A stretch of DNA of 64,000 nucleotides from Chloroflexota bacterium (GTDB lineage: Bacteria > Chloroflexota > Dehalococcoidia > Lucifugimonadales > Australimonadaceae): contig JAPPHT010000060.1 in the NCBI GenBank assembly GCA_028874795.1, positions 15,498-79,497 on the forward strand, in the 5' to 3' direction. Positions 52,578-61,263 of this stretch are shown in pieces (the first letter of the stretch is position 1; each line of letters begins with the position of its first letter). The position numbers were made by a program, and so were the translations under genes. A model generated the notes under the pieces. That model worked only from the letters and a program-made list of their open reading frames with translations. It was not told where the DNA came from and did not search any database.

Positions 52578-53467
52578 CTGTCCCCTTCTGAACTCCCTGC
52601 GTTTTCGGCAACGCGCATCCGCGCACTGCGGCTGCGCCTGTTGCGTGCGACCTCCTCGGGACCCGGCTTGATCACACGCTTCGTGAGGGGGCGGACCGCG
52701 CCGCTGCCCACGAATCGCTTGACCTCGCGGTCCTCGAGCGAGTGGTAGGCGATCGTTACGAGGCGTCCTCCGACATCGAGGACGGAGGCAGCCTGGCTGA
52801 GCCCGCGCCGCAGGTTGCCAAGTTCGTCGTTCGTGGCCATGCGGAGCGCTTGGAAGGTGCGGGTGGCCGGATGCGTCCGGCCTCTTCGGTACCCGGACGC
52901 GCGCGCGACGACCTCAGCGAGCTCGGCGGTGTCGGTCAGCGGGCGGGCCGCGACGATCGCGCGCGCGATGCGGCGTGAGCGCGGCTCCTCCCCGAGCGTG
53001 TAGATGAGGTCCGCGAGCTCCTGCTCAGGCAGGCCGTTGACGAGCTCCGCGGCGGATGGGCCCTCCGGCATGAATCGCATGTCCAGCGGAGCGGAGCGCC
53101 GGAAGCTGAACCCTCGCTCCTCGACGTCCAACTGGCGGGAGGAGAGCCCCAGGTCGAACAGTACGCCGTCGGCAGGCACGAACCCGTAGGCGCTCGCCTG
53201 CGAAGCGACCGTACCGAAGTTGGCATTGACGACGACGGCGCGATCGCCGAAGCGGCGCAGGCGCTCCGTCGCAGGCGGAAGGGCCTCCGGGTCTGCGTCG
53301 AGGCCGAGGACGCGTCCGTCCGGAGCCGAGGCTTCCAGGATGGCGGTGGCGTGCCCGGCGTCGCCGAGCGTACAGTCGACGTAGGCCCCGCCGGGTCGGA
53401 CAGCGAGCCAGGTGACGACCTCGGCGGCCATGACCGGTTCGTGGTGTATGTCGCTGTGCGCGGGCAT
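52574..53467 (-). CDS. rsmH: 16S rRNA (cytosine1402-N4)-methyltransferase RsmH (MraW)
   Basis: HEPVMAAEV...YVDCTLGDAGHA, DLGLSSRQLD, and ITYHSLEDREVK-like (IAYHSLEDREVKRF). Its stop overlaps the ftsA start (ATGA). Confidence 0.92.
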   Translation of the reverse strand: MPAHSDIHHEPVMAAEVVTWLAVRPGGAYVDCTLGDAGHATAILEASAPDGRVLGLDADPEALPPATERLRRFGDRAVVVNANFGTVASQASAYGFVPADGVLFDLGLSSRQLDVEERGFSFRRSAPLDMRFMPEGPSAAELVNGLPEQELADLIYTLGEEPRSRRIARAIVAARPLTDTAELAEVVARASGYRRGRTHPATRTFQALRMATNDELGNLRRGLSQAASVLDVGGRLVTIAYHSLEDREVKRFVGSGAVRPLTKRVIKPGPEEVARNRRSRSARMRVAENAGSSEGDR

Positions 53468-53738
53468 AGGGCTGCTCTTGCTCCGGCGTGGTGTGCCTCA
53501 GTGGCAACGCGTATGAAAACGTTAGACGTTGTCTAAGACTGAATCAATGCGTTTGCATAGCATTCAATCGGGTTTATGCGGCCTGCGCGGGGCCGTCGAT
53601 GAGGCAGTTGCCACGTGAACCACCTGATGGCGCTGCAAGGGATTGCAGACCCCGACGCGCGGGGCCACTACATGTTGTAGATAATTCTCAAACTACTCTC
53701 AGAGGGTCAGCCAGGTCCTGCTGCGTGAACCGGGCAGT

Positions 53739-53747
53739 TGCTATAAT
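53739..53747 (+). promoter_or_regulatory. Extended -10 promoter element (TGcTATAAT) for the downstream aminotransferase gene
   Basis: tgctataat lies about 66 nt upstream of the ATG at 53813, in a locally AT-rich intergenic region. The -35 element is weak. Confidence 0.35.
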
Positions 53748-53812
53748 GCATTGCGCCCGGCGCCCGGGCATCGCCGCTCGCCGGGCATACTCCACACTGT
53801 CGAGAATGCCGT

Positions 53813-54997
53813 ATGACGCTAGAGACCGCTGCCTTCACGCCTCCGTACCGGCTGCTCATGGGGGCTGGACCTTCCAACGTGCACCCTCGTGTACTGCAGG
53901 CGATGAGCACGTCGCTCCTGGGGCATCTGGACCCGAGCTTCCTGGCCGTCATGGACGACGTCCGCAGGCTGCTGCGGTACGTCTTCCAAACAGAGAACGC
54001 GGTGACGATACCCATCTCCGGGACCGGCACGGCCGGCATGGAAGCCGCGATGGTCAACATCATCGAACCCGGCGACACGTTCGTGGTGGGCATCAACGGG
54101 TACTTCGGTCAGCGGCTGGGGGAGATCGCGGAGCGGAGCGGGGCGAACGTCGTCAGGGTGGAGCACGAGCTGGGCAAGCCGGTGGACGCCGACCGGTTGC
54201 GTGAGGCGATCAGGGCGGCGGGGAAGGTCAAGGCGGTCGGCGTGGTGCACGCTGAAACGTCCACCGGAGCAACCACGTCCATCAGGGAGATAGCGGACGT
54301 AGCCCACGAGGCCGGTGCGCTGCTGGTGGTCGATGCGGTGACGTCGCTCGGCGGCGTGGAGTTGCGCGTCGACGAGTGGGGCGTGGACGTGTGCTACAGC
54401 TGTACGCAGAAGTGCATCGGCGCGCCTCCGGGGCTGGCTCCGCTGACGCTGAGTCCGCGAGCGGTGGAGACGCTGCAGAACCGCACGGGCAAGGTGCGGA
54501 GCTTCTATCTCGACCTGACGGAGTTGAGCAGCTACTGGGACCGCCGCGCCTACCACCACACCGCGCCCATCTCCATGATCTACGCGCTGCGCGAGGCGCT
54601 CCGGTTGATCGCGGAAGAGGGGGTGGAGGCTCGTTGGGAGCGTCACACCACGAACGGGACGGCGCTGCGAGCCGGCCTCCAGGCCATGGGACTGAGTGTG
54701 GTTGCGGACCCGGGGGTACAGTTGCCGACCCTCACCGCCGTACGGGCGCCTGACGAGATCGATGAGGCACAAGCACGTCGCTATCTGCTCGACCAGCACA
54801 ACATCGAGTTGAGCGGGGGACTGGGGGCGCTCGCCGGAAAGGCGTGGCGCATCGGGCTGATGGGCCACAACAGCACGGGCCCGAACGTGATGACCGTGCT
54901 GGGCGCGCTGGAAGACGCGATGGGCGACCAAGGCTACGAGACGCAGGCGGGCGCCGGCGTCTCCGCAGCCCAGCGGGTGCTGCGCGGGATCGACTAA
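53813..54997 (+). CDS. PLP-dependent class V aminotransferase (alanine-glyoxylate/serine-pyruvate type), paralogue of 7027..8142
   Basis: 394 aa with LLMGAGPSNVHPRVLQAM, ISGTGTAGMEAAMVN, and SCTQKCIGAPPGLAPLTLS. Confidence 0.88.
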   Translation: MTLETAAFTPPYRLLMGAGPSNVHPRVLQAMSTSLLGHLDPSFLAVMDDVRRLLRYVFQTENAVTIPISGTGTAGMEAAMVNIIEPGDTFVVGINGYFGQRLGEIAERSGANVVRVEHELGKPVDADRLREAIRAAGKVKAVGVVHAETSTGATTSIREIADVAHEAGALLVVDAVTSLGGVELRVDEWGVDVCYSCTQKCIGAPPGLAPLTLSPRAVETLQNRTGKVRSFYLDLTELSSYWDRRAYHHTAPISMIYALREALRLIAEEGVEARWERHTTNGTALRAGLQAMGLSVVADPGVQLPTLTAVRAPDEIDEAQARRYLLDQHNIELSGGLGALAGKAWRIGLMGHNSTGPNVMTVLGALEDAMGDQGYETQAGAGVSAAQRVLRGID

Positions 54998-55001
54998 GTT
55001 C

Positions 55002-55781
55002 CTACGCCTTGACCGCCTTCACGCTCAATACGGGCCAATAGAACTCGATCGTACCGTCCGCACGGGGCGCGATGCCGAAGGCGCCTGTTGCAGCGGGAGG
55101 CGCATCCTCGAGCGCCCGGCCCAGCCGGACGGCCTCTTCCTCCGGCATCCCCGCGCGCTCCGTCCAGTCCGGGTATTCGAGGTCAACGCGCGAGCGTGCC
55201 GTTTCCACAACGTGCAGGCCCGCTCGCTCGATAGCGTTCACCCATTCGGACTCCGTGAGGTTCCGCACATGGGAGGGGTCGCGCCAGATCTCGATGTCGT
55301 GCATCCAGGAGGTGGCCTGGGCGTCGTCGGGAGAGATGGTGTCGATGAGGATGAGCTCGCCGCCGGGCGCCAGCGCCCGATGGACCTCACTCAGCCAGGC
55401 GTCCACATTCAGGAAGTGGTGGGCGGCGGTGCGGCAGGTGACGAGGTCCAGGCTGCCGTCCCGGCAGGGCAGGGACTCGGCTGCCGTCAGCATCAGCTCG
55501 GTCTGCGGCGCCCCGCGGTCGACGCGCAGCGAGCGCGCCTGCTCCAGCATCTCCGGCGTTACGTCGGTCGCGATGACGCGGTCGCAGCGGTCGGCGACGG
55601 CGAACGCAGTGAAGCCGGGCCCGGCGCCGATGTCCATAGCGGTCCCGTAGCGCCGGTCGCTCAGCATGGACTCCGCGGATGCGAGCGCGCCGGGCCGCGC
55701 GTGCGTCCTGCTGGCGCCGTAGGCCCCGGCGAGGCGTCCGAACTGGCGCTGCGAGCTTCTGTCCGGTTGTGCGTTGGCCAT
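55002..55781 (-). CDS. Class I SAM-dependent methyltransferase (Methyltransf_11/UbiE-like)
   Basis: AMDIGAGPGFTAFAVA (motif I), VIATDVTPEML, and LAPGGELILID. Confidence 0.85.
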   Translation of the reverse strand: MANAQPDRSSQRQFGRLAGAYGASRTHARPGALASAESMLSDRRYGTAMDIGAGPGFTAFAVADRCDRVIATDVTPEMLEQARSLRVDRGAPQTELMLTAAESLPCRDGSLDLVTCRTAAHHFLNVDAWLSEVHRALAPGGELILIDTISPDDAQATSWMHDIEIWRDPSHVRNLTESEWVNAIERAGLHVVETARSRVDLEYPDWTERAGMPEEEAVRLGRALEDAPPAATGAFGIAPRADGTIEFYWPVLSVKAVKA

Positions 55782-55793
55782 GGAGCGTTCCCC

Positions 55794-55964
55794 CTAGAAG
55801 GCGAGCCAGGCGAGCGCCGCGGTCACGGCGCCCACGACCAGCCCCGCGACCGTGACCGCCGGCTCCTCGAGCGTTACCGGGCCGAGGTAGAGCAGCGGGA
55901 AGCTGACGATCGTTCCGGCGAGGACGACGTGGCGGAGTTTGCGTTTCGTTGCGGCTGAGAGCAT
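55794..55964 (-). CDS. Small hydrophobic protein (56 aa), hypothetical
   Basis: Not in the ORF track because it is under 60 aa. The sequence atg..tag translates to MLSAATKRKLRHVVLAGTIVSFPLLYLGPVTLEEPAVTVAGLVVGAVTAALAWLAF. It starts 4 nt after the lactate permease stop and has GC-rich third codon positions. Confidence 0.35.
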   Translation of the reverse strand: MLSAATKRKLRHVVLAGTIVSFPLLYLGPVTLEEPAVTVAGLVVGAVTAALAWLAF

Positions 55965-55967
55965 GGC

Positions 55968-57578
55968 CTACCTCGATAGCGCGGGCAGCAGTTCGATGAT
56001 GATGATGGCCTCGATGCCGGCGAGGACGACAAGCCCGAGGATGTACGGGATGACGATGCGGAAGATGTCCCGCTCCTTCCCCGCGAGCCCGACCACCGCC
56101 GCGCCCACGAGCACCTTCGCGGGCGCCATCGGGCTACCGACGGACGCGCCGATGGACTGGATGCTGGAGATGGTGACCGTGCCGATGTCCAGCGCGCGGG
56201 CCGTTTCCAACTGGAGCAGGCCGAACATGACGTTCGAGTTCGTGTTGCTGCCGCTCATGAACGAGCCGAGCAGGCCGATGAACGGCGAGACGAACGGGAA
56301 GAGCGGGCCGGAAGCGTTGGCGATGCCGCGAGCGAGGAGCACGGTCATGCCGCTGTCCGCCATCACGACGGCCATCATCACCATCGTCGTCACGCCGATG
56401 GTGGAGCTGAGGCTCTGCCCGTAGGTGAGCTTCATCGCCTCCCACGCGACGCCCCTCCGCCATCGCTTCGCGAACACGTAGACGATGGCACTGATCACGA
56501 TGCTGTAGAAGATGAGCGGCGCCGGATGGTTGAGCACCCGTATGGGGGCGTAGTCGCTCGCCGCCGCGACGGCGAAACCCTGGGCGGTCTCGAACGCGGG
56601 GTAGTCGAGTGACCACTGTATGCCGCGCACCGCCTCCTTCACCGGACCGATCTGCGATATGACACTGAGCGTGATGAGCAGCAGGTACGGCATGAACGCG
56701 AGGATGAATGGCATGGGCCGGGCCTCGGGCTCGTCCGAAGCGCCCGCGGGTGGGGCCTCGGGCATTGCCTGCGTCTGCGGAGGGCCCAGCAGAAGGGGAG
56801 TGCGGGAGAGCAGAGCGAGCGCCACCATGCCGAGGATGCCCGGGACGGTGGACGCTATCTGCGGCGCCCCGCCCCAAGCGAGGGCGTACATCGCCGCGGC
56901 CATGAGCGCTCCGGTCAACACCACCACGGGCAGGCTCCGCCGCACCGCGCTCAGGCCGCCCTGGATGTGCGCGACGAGCATGCCGCTCGCCACGATGATG
57001 GGCGCGAAGAGGAGCGCCATGTGGGGCGCGATGACCTCACCCTCGATGCCGGTTACCAGTTGGATGGTGTAGTAGGACGATCCCATGGAGCCGAACGTGA
57101 CGGCCCAGCCGTGGCCCACGAGCGCCATCGCGGCGGCGCGGGCAGGCGGGAAACCCAGCATGATGAGCAGTGGAGCGGAGACGGCCACCGGCACGCCGAA
57201 CCCGGTGATGCCCTGGATGAAACTGGAGAAGCCCCACCCGATGAGCAGCGCCTGCACCAATCGGTCGCTCGCAAGCCTCGCCATCGTTCGCCCGATGGCG
57301 TCGATGCCCTTGAGCCGGTCCACCATGTTAAAGAGGTAAACGGACGTCCAGACGATGGTGAGGACGAAGACAGCGAGGCTCAGTCCCTTCGCACTGGCGA
57401 TGGCGACGTGGTCCCGCGCCGCGCCGTAGACGAGGAGCGCCAGCGCGAGGGCGAGAAGCCAAGCGGCGGCCCCGGCGCGCGGTGCGCTCCAGTTCAGCCA
57501 GATGATGGCGACTACGAGGAGGACGACCGGCGAGGCAGCCAGCAGCCAGTTGATGAGCGTGAGGTCTGGGCCTGTCAT
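55968..57578 (-). CDS. L-lactate/glycolate permease (LctP family)
   Basis: ATG at 57578 is preferred over the TTG at 57623. GFGVPVAVSAPLLIMLGFPPARAAAMALVGHGWAVTFGSMG is typical of LctP, with many TM segments. Confidence 0.88.
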   Translation of the reverse strand: MTGPDLTLINWLLAASPVVLLVVAIIWLNWSAPRAGAAAWLLALALALLVYGAARDHVAIASAKGLSLAVFVLTIVWTSVYLFNMVDRLKGIDAIGRTMARLASDRLVQALLIGWGFSSFIQGITGFGVPVAVSAPLLIMLGFPPARAAAMALVGHGWAVTFGSMGSSYYTIQLVTGIEGEVIAPHMALLFAPIIVASGMLVAHIQGGLSAVRRSLPVVVLTGALMAAAMYALAWGGAPQIASTVPGILGMVALALLSRTPLLLGPPQTQAMPEAPPAGASDEPEARPMPFILAFMPYLLLITLSVISQIGPVKEAVRGIQWSLDYPAFETAQGFAVAAASDYAPIRVLNHPAPLIFYSIVISAIVYVFAKRWRRGVAWEAMKLTYGQSLSSTIGVTTMVMMAVVMADSGMTVLLARGIANASGPLFPFVSPFIGLLGSFMSGSNTNSNVMFGLLQLETARALDIGTVTISSIQSIGASVGSPMAPAKVLVGAAVVGLAGKERDIFRIVIPYILGLVVLAGIEAIIIIELLPALSR

Positions 57579-57665
57579 GAGGACGTGGGCCGCAGGATAG
57601 CCGTCCGGGTCGCCCGCACACAATGGACGCAGGGGCGCTGTTACAATCGTCAGAGGTTCCCGCCC

Positions 57666-59522
57666 ATGGTCCTCTCGCTTTCCGAACGCTTATCCCGCGG
57701 TCTCCTGCTCTGCGATGGCGCTACCGGCACGCAGTTGTATGCGCACGGTCTGACGGCTGCGCTGCTGGAACCGGCGAACGTTTCCCAGCCGGACGTCGTG
57801 AAGGGTGTGCACCTCTCCTATCTCCGAGCGGGCGCGGAGCTGATCGAGACCAACACTTTCGGCGCCAACGCGGCCAAGCTCGGCATGCACGGCATGGCGG
57901 ACCGCGTCGAGGAGCTGAACCGCGCGGGTGTCGCTCTTGCCAGGGAAGCGGCGCGGCTGCACGGCCAGAACGTCTGGGTGGCCGGTTCGATGGGCCCGCT
58001 GCCGCCGGACGCGACGGGCGCAGGCCTGTTCTCACCGGCATCGGCTTGGAACGTCTTCGCTGAACAGGCTGCCGCGCTCTCGGATGGAGGGGCAGACCTC
58101 GTCCTCCTGGAAACCTTCACTTCGCTCGCCCAACTGCGGCAGGCCATCGACGCAGTGCAGTCCGTCTCCGACCTGCCGGTCATAGCCGAGATGACGTTCA
58201 CGGGCGACGGCCTGACGCCGGGCGGCGATTACCCGGAGGACGTCGTCGCCGCGCTGAAAGACGCAGGGCTGCTGGCGCTGGGTGCGAACTGCAGCGTGGG
58301 CCCGGACCTGCTGTTGAGCGTCGTGGAGCGCATGGCCGCGACCGCCGACGTGCCGCTCGTCGTTCAACCGAACGCCGGTCTGCCCGCATACGTGAATGGG
58401 CGGCTGGAGTATGCGGCGCCTCCGGAGTATTTCGCGGAGACGGCGAGAGAGATCGCGCGCGCGGGCGCAGTGGCGATCGGCGGATGTTGCGGAACGACAC
58501 CCGCGCACATCGCCGCGGTGCGTGACGCGGTGCGGGGGGTGCTGCAGTCGTCGACGCGTCGGGCCCCTGCTCCGCCCGCCGCGCGACGGCAACTCGTCGA
58601 GGCGCCGGCCGCTCCGCCCACCGGGCTCGCGGAGCACATCGCGCGGGGCGAGTTCGTCGTGACGGTGGAGCTCGCGCCGCCGCGGGGGTTCGACATCAGC
58701 GGAACGCTGGACAAGCTGCGGGGCATCGCCGGGAGTGTGAGCGCAGTGAACGTCGCGGACAGCCCGCGGGCGCAGGGCAGGATGAGCGCTCTCGCCACGG
58801 GAAGCCTGGTGCAGTCGCGGCTGGGAGTCGAGGCGGTCATGCACATGGCAATCCGCCACCGCAACCTGCTGGCGCTGCACTCGGACCTGCTGGGGGCGCA
58901 TGCGCTCGGACTGCGCAACGTCTTCACGGTGATGGGGGACGTTCCGCTCTCTGGCGACTATCCCCAGGCCACCGCAGTGAGCGACGTGTCGGCGTCCGGC
59001 TTGATCCGGCTGATGGCGGGTTTCAACGAGGGCGTGGATGGGAACGGGCGGGAGATCGGGCAGCCGACCTCCTTCTTCATCGGAGCGGCGCTGAACTTCA
59101 ACGCGCCGGACCTGGACAGGGAGCTTCGCGTACTGGAGCGCAAGGTGAAGGCCGGGGCGCATTTCCTGCTGACGCAGCCGGTGTATGCGGCCGAGCACGT
59201 GGAGCGCGTGTGGTCGCTGCTGGGGGGATTCCCGCTTCCGGTCATCATGGGCGTGCTGCCACTGCGCAACGCCCGACACGCACGCTTCCTCCACAACGAG
59301 GTGCCCGGCATCGTGGTGCCCGAGGACGTCATGCGGCGCATCGACCTCGCCGAATACCGCGGCGACGCCGGCGGCAAGGAGGGCATCGCGCTGAGCCGCG
59401 AACTGCTGACGGCGCTCTCCGGGCGCATCGCCGGGGCGTACTTCATGCCGCCGTTCGAGCGGTTCAGCGTCGTGCCGGAGACGATGGAAGGGCTGTCGCT
59501 GCCGGGGTCGGCCCCGGCTTAG
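57666..59522 (+). CDS. Bifunctional homocysteine S-methyltransferase / 5,10-methylenetetrahydrofolate reductase (YitJ-like)
   Basis: In-frame ATG at 57666 of ORF 56967..59522. It has an N-terminal Hcy-binding domain (LLCDGATGTQLY...GGCCGTTPAHI) and a C-terminal MTHFR domain (FVVTVELAPPRG...LLTQPVY). Confidence 0.88.
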   Translation: MVLSLSERLSRGLLLCDGATGTQLYAHGLTAALLEPANVSQPDVVKGVHLSYLRAGAELIETNTFGANAAKLGMHGMADRVEELNRAGVALAREAARLHGQNVWVAGSMGPLPPDATGAGLFSPASAWNVFAEQAAALSDGGADLVLLETFTSLAQLRQAIDAVQSVSDLPVIAEMTFTGDGLTPGGDYPEDVVAALKDAGLLALGANCSVGPDLLLSVVERMAATADVPLVVQPNAGLPAYVNGRLEYAAPPEYFAETAREIARAGAVAIGGCCGTTPAHIAAVRDAVRGVLQSSTRRAPAPPAARRQLVEAPAAPPTGLAEHIARGEFVVTVELAPPRGFDISGTLDKLRGIAGSVSAVNVADSPRAQGRMSALATGSLVQSRLGVEAVMHMAIRHRNLLALHSDLLGAHALGLRNVFTVMGDVPLSGDYPQATAVSDVSASGLIRLMAGFNEGVDGNGREIGQPTSFFIGAALNFNAPDLDRELRVLERKVKAGAHFLLTQPVYAAEHVERVWSLLGGFPLPVIMGVLPLRNARHARFLHNEVPGIVVPEDVMRRIDLAEYRGDAGGKEGIALSRELLTALSGRIAGAYFMPPFERFSVVPETMEGLSLPGSAPA

Positions 59523-59567
59523 GAGTGCGATGGTATCCTGAACCAGCGTCAGGTTACCGGCGCGCGT

Positions 59568-59643
59568 GGGGCCGTAGCTCAGTTGGGAGAGCACCTGCTT
59601 TGCAAGCAGGGGGTCAGGGGTTCGAGTCCCCTCGGCTCCACCA
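59568..59643 (+). tRNA. tRNA-Ala (anticodon UGC), CCA encoded
   Basis: GGGGCCG acceptor with the G3-U70 identity pair, anticodon arm CCTGC-TTTGCAA-GCAGG, T arm CAGGGGTTCGAGTCCCCTC, then ACCA. Confidence 0.95.
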
Positions 59644-60192
59644 GACTTGACGAAATCAAGAACCTTCACGCTGAGGCTCGTCCTAGACCTGAAGGAGAGT
59701 CGGTCTCCGTAGAGTGAACACCACATCTCGCGGCGCGACCTACGGTGTGAGGACAACAGTCATAGCGCGCTTGTCCACGCCGCCGACTTCTTCCGCACCA
59801 GAACCAAACTAGGGAACAGCTGTTGCCACGGCGAGGTTCCAACCCTGAGCGCAACCCATGCACCCCGACCGCCGCCGCCGCGAATAACCCGTCGGCCTAC
59901 CAACCTCCGCTTCGCCTGTCCGGGCGGCGTCGGGCTCGGCGAACCAGTAGCCGAAGCGTGGCGTGGTGAAGATGTAGGAGGGGTTCCTCGCGTCGGCGCC
60001 TAGTTCTGACGCAGTTTATTATGAACGAGCGCAGCAAGCGCTCCTTGACCGTGTGCTGCTGCCGCATGATCGTGGCGTGGCGGCTATGGTGGCGCTGTCC
60101 GCATGGCTTACAGCACGATGTCGTTGCGCAGCATCAAGGTCTAGGAGTTGTCCAGTTGGGTGAACGGACAAATTGTCAGAGCATCGGAGATT

Positions 60193-60606
60193 CTAGACGA
60201 AGGCTATCAGCAACGAGACTCCGACCAACACTAGGAGGGGGATGTAGAATAGGTACAGCCTTGCCGCCACCCCGATGAGACTGTCCGAGCCCTTGGCGCC
60301 TGAGAGCCCTTCCATTTTGAAGTAGCCGTCGCTGCCGTATTCTGGGGGAGGGCCAACTCTCACGGAGTCATACAACCTTCGGAAAGCTCGTTCTTCTGCG
60401 AGGAATCGCGCGTCGAGCATCCACAGCGGAAGAATCGCAGTCCCGGCAATAGCGCCGATTGGGGAATTGGTGCTCGCCGTGAGCGCTACCAACGCCGCCG
60501 TAGCTGCTGCTGCCGTCGACTTGATGGCGAAGGAGTTTCTCCCGAGCCTGTTTACGACCGCCTGGATGAGCTCCAGATGTTCTATTCTGGCCATTTCTTG
60601 GCTCAT
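60193..60606 (-). CDS. Multi-TM membrane protein, candidate effector partner of the TIR-like protein
   Basis: The ATG at 60606 overlaps the upstream TGA (ATGA). The 137 aa comprise an N-terminal helix (IEHLELIQAVVNRLGRNSF), two adjacent hydrophobic helices, the motif WMLDARFLAEERAFRRLYD, and a C-terminal TM (LYLFYIPLLVLVGVSLLIAFV). Confidence 0.6.
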   Translation of the reverse strand: MSQEMARIEHLELIQAVVNRLGRNSFAIKSTAAAATAALVALTASTNSPIGAIAGTAILPLWMLDARFLAEERAFRRLYDSVRVGPPPEYGSDGYFKMEGLSGAKGSDSLIGVAARLYLFYIPLLVLVGVSLLIAFV

Positions 60607-60977
60607 ATCTCGTCCAGTCGTCTGTTGATCTGCTTCCATCTCCAGGGGATGGGATCCTCGACCCCGGCAACTCCAGCGTAGGGTCGCTTCTTCGGTCTAA
60701 CCTGAAGAGTGGGTTTGCCGAAGCTACGCGCCATGTCCACTTCGGTCCTTACTCCCGGGGCGTTGTGGGTGTCCTCGCCAATCAGGACAATCACTACGTC
60801 GCACCCTCGAATCGCCTCTCTCGCCTCTCGTTTCCACTCCTCCGTAGGATAGGCTTCCCTAAGTGAGCAATTCCTGATGCGGTGCTGAGTCTGCAGCTTC
60901 GCCTGTTCGTAGAAACTGTCTCTGAGGTCCCTGTCTTTGTCGAACTCGAAACTCACGAAGATGTCCATCGTAGCCAT
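60603..60977 (-). CDS. TIR-like domain protein (MTH538/DUF1863-type)
   Basis: MATMDIFVSFEFDKDRDL... and CDVVIVLIGEDTHNAPGVRTEVDMARSFGKPTLQV match the pattern recalled for PF08937-type TIR-like domains (vFiSf..D; vvvLiG..T..s.wV..Ei..A...gkP). Confidence 0.7.
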   Translation of the reverse strand: MATMDIFVSFEFDKDRDLRDSFYEQAKLQTQHRIRNCSLREAYPTEEWKREAREAIRGCDVVIVLIGEDTHNAPGVRTEVDMARSFGKPTLQVRPKKRPYAGVAGVEDPIPWRWKQINRRLDEI

Positions 60978-61128
60978 GGGCCTCTTCTCGCCGCATGGAG
61001 TCATATGCCTGCCCGGCCCGCCTTTCTTGTACGAGAAGCCGCGCAAGGCATACTAGCGAGCCAACTGATACTGTACTACGAACCCCCTAGCGGGTAGCGT
61101 CCCTGCGGGCCGATAGCCGGTGGTCCAT

Positions 61129-61147
61129 GCTCCCCTCACAGGGGAGC
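61129..61147 (-). terminator. Short GC hairpin between the desulfurase gene and the TIR-like operon
   Basis: gctcccc tcaca ggggagc has a 7-bp stem. No clear U-tract follows, so its function is uncertain. Confidence 0.25.
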
Positions 61148-61263
61148 GATGCCCTCTGCTAGTGCATACACACCTTGAGCACCAAGGCTAATCTCCCAAG
61201 TCCAATCGACTTGCAGCACTTATGTTAGCGCCGGTTTGAAAATGACCCACCCACGATTGACAC

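Noticed and set aside
58032-59756. 574-aa minus-strand ORF
   Set aside because: It is antisense to the homocysteine methyltransferase/MTHFR gene and reads straight through the tRNA-Ala gene (translation ...GAEGTRTPDP...).
59644-60192. Search for an integrase or transposase gene directly after tRNA-Ala
   Set aside because: Only stop-interrupted fragments are present in all six frames, and none carries recombinase motifs I can recognise. The region is reported only as part of the island finding.
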